Source: Balanoglossus misakiensis (taxonomy: Eukaryota > Animalia > Hemichordata). Taken from it: 64,000 bases of DNA. The first letter of the stretch is position 1. The number at the start of each line of letters is the position of its first letter. Position numbers and translations under genes: made by a program. A model generated the notes under the pieces. It was not told the DNA's origin and searched no databases. It saw only the letters and a list, made by a program, of their open reading frames with translations. This document shows, piece by piece, positions 55,401-64,000 of this stretch. The DNA lies in the NCBI GenBank assembly GCA_040954595.2, contig CM082595.2, positions 1,139,690 through 1,203,689 of the forward strand. The letters are read 5' to 3'.

Positions 55401-58400
55401 CAACAATCCTAAAATATCTAATTATAGTCACCATCTTCCTATTTTCTAAACACCTAGTCTTGGTGGTTGCTGTAATACACACAGTGTACAATGTCTCGGT
55501 TACAGAAAGGTGTGATTTCGGCAGATAAATCTACTTAGCGTATATCTGTGATTTTAATGGATATTAATTCAAAACATTTTCAAGCACTTTTCTCAACATT
55601 CATTGCTGTTCACTTAATGAAAGTGGTTGACACGGTTATCTCAGCAGAGCCCCTTGCGATTGAAGCAAATCCCCGCGTCCCCCCAGTCCCTCCAAAAAGA
55701 CTTTCTTGTAAATGTATGACGTTGAGATCATGATCCAGCGCTGAAGGTAACTGACAGTGATTGTACAATCTAACGGAGATTGTTGTTGGACACGAAGTGT
55801 TGAGCAAACAGATTGAAATCCGTCTATCCCAATGTCAATATGCAAACAGAAAGCATAAGAAAAGCTGGTCACAATTTCGTTGATACAGGATACAGCCTGT
55901 ATAAGTCAGTGTAGAGTCTTTCCAGCCAAAGTGTTGTTGATGTTTTTTGAAAAAGGAAACCCTGATCTGCCCCAAACATTTCAATTCATTACTGCTTTAC
56001 TTCAAAAAATGAAACTATGAATCGCGACGAACAGGGTGTTCGTATTGATTGCCAATTTTCTGTTTTATAAATTGAATAAATAGAAGAATGCGGTAAACAT
56101 TGAAGAGACAAACAGAACGTTGGGCAACGGTCCTTATTGTGACGGGCGTCACAACATTACATAGCAACCACTCCTGGTAGGCTGTATAACGTAAGAACCA
56201 CGATTTTTCGGTAAGAACCACGGCTATGCATGAAACTGCCTATCTAAGAAGCGTTCATCGAAGAATGATCTGCATTGCTTTGACAGCTGCTGCTGTCTAC
56301 GCCTTTCAAAGCAAGAGATTTCAATCACATTTAGTCGTGAGGAACGTCTCGACAGACTACGCCTAATTTCCACGTATTCTCACATTTGTAGACAGCGTTT
56401 TATCGTTACAAATGAGAGGTAGGCTGGAACGCGAGTTGCTTCAACAATACCCGTAATTTACGAGTCCTATTTTACGTTCAAGGGTCAGTTGTCCTGCAGT
56501 ACAATGCAATGTGGAACAGAAGCCAGATAAACTGATAGTCTTGACTTTGAAGTGTATTCTTTCAATTTTCAACTTGACTGACCTTGTCATAGAAGTGATG
56601 TCTTGGTATTTGTGGAAGGGTAATGGATCGCCCTAGTCTCTATTCCCGTCGATATGATCAGGGTGTCCTGCTATGCTGCTATTCCCTTCAACACAGTCTG
56701 TTTCTTGTGCATTTAGTAAATATTTATTGATTTAAATGTTTTTTTTCTTTTGTTTTTATGCTTTAATCTTTGACGTGTTTGTTTTATTTATTGATTTTGT
56801 AAGGTTACTGCATTCCTTACCGAAATCTGTTTCGATTTTGTCCGACTACATCTCTGTACTCGGCACTACAGAACCACCGATGCATGAATTCATTTCTCAA
56901 CGAATGTGTTCTGTATTAAACCACGATTTTATGTGATATGGGAAGCTTCTGTATTCATGCCAAGGTCTGGAGCCCTGTTTTTCGTCGACTGGCTTCTGTG
57001 CACTTATAAACCTTAGTTGGGGAAACTGCTAATATATTCTCCTAGTATATTGCTCTGTTTTGGAGACAAATACAACAAGAAGTACTTGTGGTAACAGGAC
57101 ATAGATTCTAGATTGCTGTATATTTGTGATATAAACGCCAAAACTAGTGATTAAGTACCCAATTACACTTGAAACACGGGTGTTTAGTGAACAACTAACA
57201 AGGCTTGCATTGCAAAGTGAATGCCAACATTGAAGGCCCCGTTAATAATTACCTTCAGAAGCAAATAACAAATACGTGTCAAGGCCTTGGAACAACAAAC
57301 CAACAATGACAAGTTTCAAAGTTGGAAAACAAAAAATAAAGAAATACATGGTGCTGTAAACAACAAGTCAATGAACGCTCAGTTTAACAAGAGCGGCGAT
57401 GAGTCACGTGATAGCTTCCGTCTGATTGTTCAAAGTTTACGCTGCTGCTAATAAAATGTGAAAACTGATTCTATTCAGGAGAATTCTATGTGTAAATAAG
57501 CAACCACGAGAAAATTTTGTATTACGACTTTTACATGAAATGTTGGCCTATGTTCGAAAGTCTCGACACAAAAAGATATCACTGACATATTGGTAGACTA
57601 AAACATATCAGCGGTATATAAATGAAATGTGTCTATGTAGACGAATCACATAATATACCATCCGCAATGTAGACCATAGTAACATGCTATTACACTGTCT
57701 ATTTTAAATAGTCACCACGTGTCCCATGATATATCGTAGTACCTACCACGTGTATCTCAATCATACGTGTGGTTGTATTCAAATAATTCGTAACAACGTC
57801 GAGTCTATCTAAGTAATCTCACGTTTGTTTACAGTACGTGCTAAAGATATAATAATTACTGTATTGTCAATAATACATTTACTATCTGACAAACATAGGT
57901 AGCACACCATACACAGAATGGCAACTTACCGTTACTACCGCCCAGAAAAATAAATGTATATTCCCTGTAGGAGTTCTTGATTTAAGCACGGTCCCTTTTT
58001 TAAGTAAGTCCAATGCTGCTTGGTAACTCGTCGCTTGGGGTCGTTGTTTGGACTGAAATTTCAGATTACTTCAACAGTTTCACGTTACATACATACTTGC
58101 TGTCATCGTATACTCAGATACTATGTGCTGCAATGTATATGTACACAGGACTGCGTACTTTGCCCATAGCACCCAAAAAGACCCTTTAGCTCGCGATGTG
58201 AACGCACTCAATATTCGACACAGAACACCGCCCCCTTTAATGGAAGAATCATCATGAAAGCACGCACCGTGAATTATTCATCGAGATTGACGGCGGCCTT
58301 TTGTAACCTTCCAAGCGTACATAATAGACACAACGCCCGTGGGGTTAAGTGTTTTTATGCGCTTCGGTATTGCCCTAGTTCTGAACATAATGTTTTATGC

Positions 58401-61159
58401 GCTGTACATACATCCACTCGACTAGGGAGTGGTGGGTGGACTGGGCGACATACGACATAGCTACGCATTGATGAGTTTGTTTGCCCCAATTGTCTGCCGG
58501 TAAAAAGACATAAACACAACAAGTCTACATAAGAGAAAAATCGAGTCGACTTTCTCAAACAATGCGTGTTTCTACAAGCTGCCACGTTTGACTTTTCATT
58601 CGTCAGAGGTCGTTAAGTGACCATACTATCATTTACGTTTGAATGAGCACGTCTTTATCATGTAGTGTCTTTGTCAATTCTGAAATAGATGTTTCTTTAA
58701 GAAAACCGCCGATTGGTAGAAACAGGTGAAATGTTACAGATAATGATGGAACTAAAATTGGTTTCCTTTATCGTTTTGATTTGGGGCCATGACGAATTTA
58801 TTTGCGGTGCTTTTGGCCATTCAAAAGTAATTTTACAGAAATGACATCAATTTACAAATGCCAACTTTGATACTGCATGCTATACAAAAACACTGCTGTA
58901 TTGTTCGTCTCGTTATCAATGACGTAGTACACACAGGGTCTCTATGCCCTTGCGACGTCCCTAAACCCCCTTCAGTCAATTTGTCCAGTGAAAACGTCTC
59001 CGTATCAACAGGTTGTTTAAGAGTTCAACTCGTCAGCTGTGGCAAATAGCAAATGTTTCTTTCATTGTTTGTTCATTGATATTGACGCCCATTGAAACCC
59101 GTGCTATGTAAATTGCTGTTGCCATGGCGTCCAATGACGCCTTTATCAGATATATTGTCATGTACAGTAACTTCTCCGACTGACCACGGACATTTTGTTT
59201 GCATTACACTCGAGTCGTCTGTACCGCATTTCATATTTAACTACGGACGGTGTTTGGCTAGAAGTCAACATAATTATAATTTAGTATGTTTTAATTATGA
59301 AATTAACGCGAATAGATCATGTGTTAATGTAACTGTCCATATTAACTGTTTGCCGCTGCGTATACTCTAGTGCTTACATGTCGAACACATCTGCACACGA
59401 ATAATGTTGTCTCAAAGAATTACCTTAATTCGGAATGCAAACTGACAGACGGTGAATTAGTTTAACGTGTCGGCTTTTAGTATGTTTAACTCGCTCCATA
59501 GCAACTTGTGATATGACCTTGACCTCCTTAATTAAGAGAAAATAAGGTCCGTTATAGTTTTGGTTCTAGATTAATCGCATTCAATAAGCTCGCTAATCAG
59601 AACTTGAAATAAAAAGTTCGCTTTGCTTTGTAGGCCTATTTCACGAGATCATTTTTCTCCAATTTGCGGATAAGCCACGTCACTGAGTGTGCAAACAAAA
59701 CCTACTCTACATAAAGTTGGCTCCTCGATAGAGTTTTGCATTTGCGTTTGCGACTGGCGAGGCGCTCTGCTGCAGTAACTATTAACGTAGACCAGGGATT
59801 CACAAATCCTGACCAGTGATCACTTGAGGTTTCACAGTAGTGTAATCTTGTTCAACTGGTATCGTTTCAGGAGAGGCATTTATGAAAACTGATGATGTCG
59901 TCTGTTCATTTGCAAATACTTGTGCGTTGGGGGGAAAGTTGGTACTACTTCCGTTTTCGACGCGTGTAGTCATTAATAATTCATTGAATCTTTTAGAAAA
60001 AGATGGTGTTTCTTAGAAGAGCGTATTTCTACTTTGTATGGTCTAATATTGATTTCTGAATACGTGCTGCTGGCGACACACAGCGATGGATTTTAGTCAA
60101 GAGAATTCTGCTCAATATGCAGTTGAATATCTGTCGAAGACAACGCAAACTACGAGAGGCTAAACATGATATTCCTAATAAAATCGAGAATTGTTCTCAA
60201 ATTCGACGTAGAACTGATTTCGTGAACTCTTGACTGAAACAGGCAAGACTATCGATTAATTTAAAGAAACATTACCTTCCCAGCTGACGCTAATTTTGAG
60301 ATGAGGGCCCCTGGAAAGAGGGACAGCCATATTATCACCTTGATGATCTTATAGACGAACCCTACCCCTTTAAAAATCCTGACTCCTAGATATCGATAAA
60401 CCCAGGTTGAGTAAACTGCCATAAAACCATTTGCTGATAATTTAATTAAGTCTTTTGTGGTTTTATTCTCAAAGTTGAAACGATCTTTTCTATTTTTTCC
60501 AGCAGCTAGGGGGTCGTTTTGGACAGCGTCACCACCTGTCAAAAGTTGTCACCTGTCGTATGTTACGCGGTGTCGACTTGGTCTCATACAGTAGCAGTCC
60601 ACAGCTCTCCAGGTAAGTGTTTTGTAACTGTTTCGTTAGTTTGGGACCATTTGGGTATCACACGTTTGAACATGTCTTATGAAATGTTAGATTATTGTCG
60701 AGAAGCGATAATTTAAAAAAATCTTCGTTTTGGTTCATAACAGCGTCAATCATGTACATTTTTTATACAACGATGAGAAAGTGGTCACTTCGCATCCAGT
60801 CACGAAGGAAATCACTCTGAAGATGTTATGAAGAAAAAAAACATTGTTCGACACTCAAATTTTGTATTTGAAAATCAAACTTCCACATGGTAGATGTCGT
60901 GAACAATTCAATTTTGAGCGTTAAAAGTAAATCAACTTCTTCCGGTCAACAACACTTTGGGACCTACATCTACTAAATTATTAAAATGTTCTTTTGTTCG
61001 CGTTTTCGATGGCCTGGGTGTCTCGCTATTGTTAAGGACTTTATTATAGATTATTGTATGTAGTAGCTTCAATTGGCCAGAGCACTCACTGTGTTAGACA
61101 GCTGTTTTTGTTCGTAATATGCTGTAATGAAGTTTTCTACTTTCTTACGTTGACAGTTA

Positions 61160-64000
61160 ATGGCAATGGCGAGTTTCGAAAGAGAATTGATATGTCCAGT
61201 CTGCGACGATTACTACACGTCACCTTTGGTGTTACCATGCCAACATAACCTCTGTCACAAATGTGCGATCAGGATGGTACTGTCCCCAGGAGGTGATATG
61301 ACGTCATCGTCGTCGCTTGCTTCGGGTTGTGGATCGACAATTTCTAGTTCAACCATCGCGTCCACAAAAGTCATCTCGGATGATACCGTGTCAGGGGAGG
61401 AAGCTGATGAAGTTGACCGCGCAAGACCTCTCTCGCCGGTCACCCATAAACCTCCAATGATTGAGTTTTCCAAGATCAGAGTCCGCAGAAAATCGACATC
61501 GCCACCTCCCTCACCGATTAAGACCACTTCGTTAAGTCCAAGATCCAAAGCGCTTGATGATATGGAGAAAGGCGAACACATCAAATCCCAAGTAACGTTG
61601 CGCCGTCAATCGTCTCCCGGAAAGACGTCACCACGAGACCAAAAACGCTGGTCGTTCGCAGGTTTATCGAAAGCGGAACGGAGACCATCCACTCCGCCGC
61701 CAATATCACCAAGGCATCTCAGCGTTGACTTTGGATCACCATCTGCCGGCGACAAGGTGAAAGTATCTCCAAGACGAAACTCCGTTCTGACGATAGCAAT
61801 AACCATGGAAGGCAAAACAAGTCCACGCATGGAATCCATCAGTCCATCACAGATATATTGCCCACATTGCAAGAAACATGTCTCGCTCGGAGAAGCAGGA
61901 ATTAACAGTCTTTACCGAAACTTCACACTGGAAACTATCATTCAAAGGTAAAAGATTTGTTTTCGCTCAGTGTGTGTCAACTGTATCTTAGTATTTCACC
62001 TTGGCCAATTTTCGTGCATTATGTTTGTGATTTTCGTCGATCCATATTTTATATCAATCAAAAATGTTTTATATTCTTCTCTTATAGGTTTAAACGCTCA
62101 GCACGACGAAACACAATGCTTCGATGCCAACACTGTAAGTCCAAGCCCGGCTCAGAAGCAACGCGGAATTGCAGCGATTGTTGTGATAATTATTGTAATG
62201 ATTGTTACAAGGACAGTCATCCGTGGGGAACACCAAGAGCTAAACATGAATTCACTGCAGTTGGAAATAATAGGCCCAAGGTACGTCTCAGATAGCTCTG
62301 TCTGTCTGTCTGTCTGTCACACGTCACTTCACCCACTAATCATGTCACCTACTTTTATATTCCATTTACCTCTTAGGCGATAATGTGCACTGAACACGAA
62401 GAAGAAAAGATTGGTTGGTATTGTGACGTCTGTCAGCGTCCGACTTGCAGAGTCTGTAAACTGACCGGAGTGCATGCCGGTCACAAAATGTACGCCATTG
62501 CTGCTACATATGCCAAGTTGAAAGTAAGTCTGAAATGGCGAATTCCTTGTCTGAAAATTCCATTCATGAAATTCGTGTTAAATACAGTAAATGGTTAATT
62601 TTGTCCGGTTCTTTATCAAGGCTAAACTGATCAAGCAACTTGAACTCGTCGAGGAAAAGAGAAAGGAAATGAAAGAAGCAGTGGCTGGATATGAGAATAA
62701 CCTAGAACAGATAGAGGTAAGTGTTTTGTGCAGAATTCCGCCATATTGTTTTTGAGAACGACATTTTGTGTCAGTTGAAGACCATTCAAGCATATAGAGT
62801 ATCATAACGCCTTTGCCAAACCTATATGTTTTTTCTCCATCAGGATAATGCCACTAAGATCGAAGAGACAGTGATAACTGACATCGATGAACTTAAATCA
62901 AGATTGGAGGAAAAGAAGCGAGAACTCATCGACAAAGTTCACCAGGTGAAAGTGGAGAAAATGGAATATCCCCTGGAGAGAATCCAAAGTTTGAATGAAA
63001 TACTTGGCGACACTGTGGTCGTGGAATATGCTAAGGAGGTTCTCAAAGAAGAGGAACAGGCATGTTTCGTACAAAGTGCTCTGCCGTTAGCTGCCAGGTA
63101 TGACGTCAGTAGAGAGATATCAGCAATTTCCCATAATCAATGGATGGTTTTCAGCTCATTGTGAAATCTCGCGAGACTTGATTAATTATCGTATCAATAC
63201 TCATGTGTATATGTTTTATTTATGAAAAGCATTGTCAACTTTTCTATTTTCCAGACTTGGAAAATTACTAGAATCTTGCAAAGGTAAACCCAAGACGATG
63301 GACGTTGATGTGAATATTAAGTGTGCTTTGGATGTCACCTTTGAAAAAGACGTCATAAGCAGCTTGGATTTCTTGTCGGGTAAGTCATCCTCTGTTTGAT
63401 TCCAGTTTCCACATGCAAAGTGATTTGGTCAAACATTTAGTTGAACCTGGCATACTTCGAGCAGACTCTCATTTTAACAGCATTGATCTCCCTTATCTCT
63501 TTCACTAGTTCCTGGGCCACCAACGCTTTCATCAGACGTTTGCAAGTCTTACGATTCTTTGGTAGTTGAGTGGAGTCGACCAGATGACGATTCCATGGTC
63601 GATTACTACATCCTGGAGTATCGTCTGATTCGTCAAAACTCGACGATTCACGTCGACAGCCAAGAATCGGCAAACAACGTTGACTGGAACATCGTTTACA
63701 ACATCCAAAACTGTTATTACAACATCAACGAGCTTCAAGACGATTCAGAATATGGTTTCCGGTTGAAAGCAGTTAACAAGGCAGGGTCTGGTTCTTACAG
63801 TGACGTCATGGTCTTCAGAACAGATCGAAGACCGAAGTTACCAGGTAAACCTTGCCGTTTGGAGCTTCATGTACTTGTAATGAAAAAAGTGAGACCGTAC
63901 CCAGCCTGGAGCTTTGTTGATTCCATTTAATACTGTTGCTATGGCGACAAAGTCGGTGCGTATCGATGACGTTTTTTTTTCATTTTCCTTCAGTGTTGCC
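61160..64000 (+). CDS. TRIM36: Tripartite-motif E3 ligase, TRIM36/TRIM46-like (RING, two B-boxes, coiled coil, COS, FN3); 3' end lies beyond the window
   Basis: Exons 61160-61947, 62088-62280, 62377-62523, 62621-62716, 62844-63097, 63255-63379, 63509-63844, then 63994 onward. ERELICPVC...[26 protein letters not shown]-box 1 ending [10 protein letters not shown] (HPWGT typifies TRIM36/46), FN3 [15 protein letters not shown] 5' UTR donor lies near 60612. Confidence 0.88.

Overview
AT-rich, intron-rich animal genomic DNA, probably from a marine invertebrate deuterostome such as a hemichordate (inferred from gene content and repeat style). I rebuilt gene models by hand from GT-AG sites and reading-frame continuity. 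In order: (1) the last two exons of an unidentified + strand gene (322-970); (2) an apparent orphan Lys/Pro-rich gene (2137-5878, +, about 519 aa) with four tandem class I SH3-ligand repeats and only phase-1 introns; (3) an SLC2A/GLUT sugar transporter (8746-14455, -, 12 exons); (4) an ACAP/centaurin-beta Arf-GAP (16165-25781, -, about 27 exons); (5) SUMF2/pFGE (27358-30523, +), head-to-head with ACAP; (6) a PRDM2/RIZ-like PR-domain zinc-finger gene (32417-39452, -, about 2047 aa); (7) an uncharacterised 440-aa coiled-coil gene (46764-48086, -); (8) the 5' part of a TRIM36/46-like gene (61160 to beyond 64000, +). Non-coding DNA holds several short transposon families, a tRNA-derived SINE, mini- and microsatellites, and possible decayed LINE and LRR remnants. 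I see no CRISPR array, intact tRNA or rRNA, or autonomous transposon, and the sequence alone does not establish a new biological system. The best leads are the modular orphan gene, the GLUT-ACAP neighbourhood, a Tyr-to-Phe change in the PRDM2 PR domain, a cluster of RFX X-boxes, and an inverted-repeat-bounded microsatellite unit.
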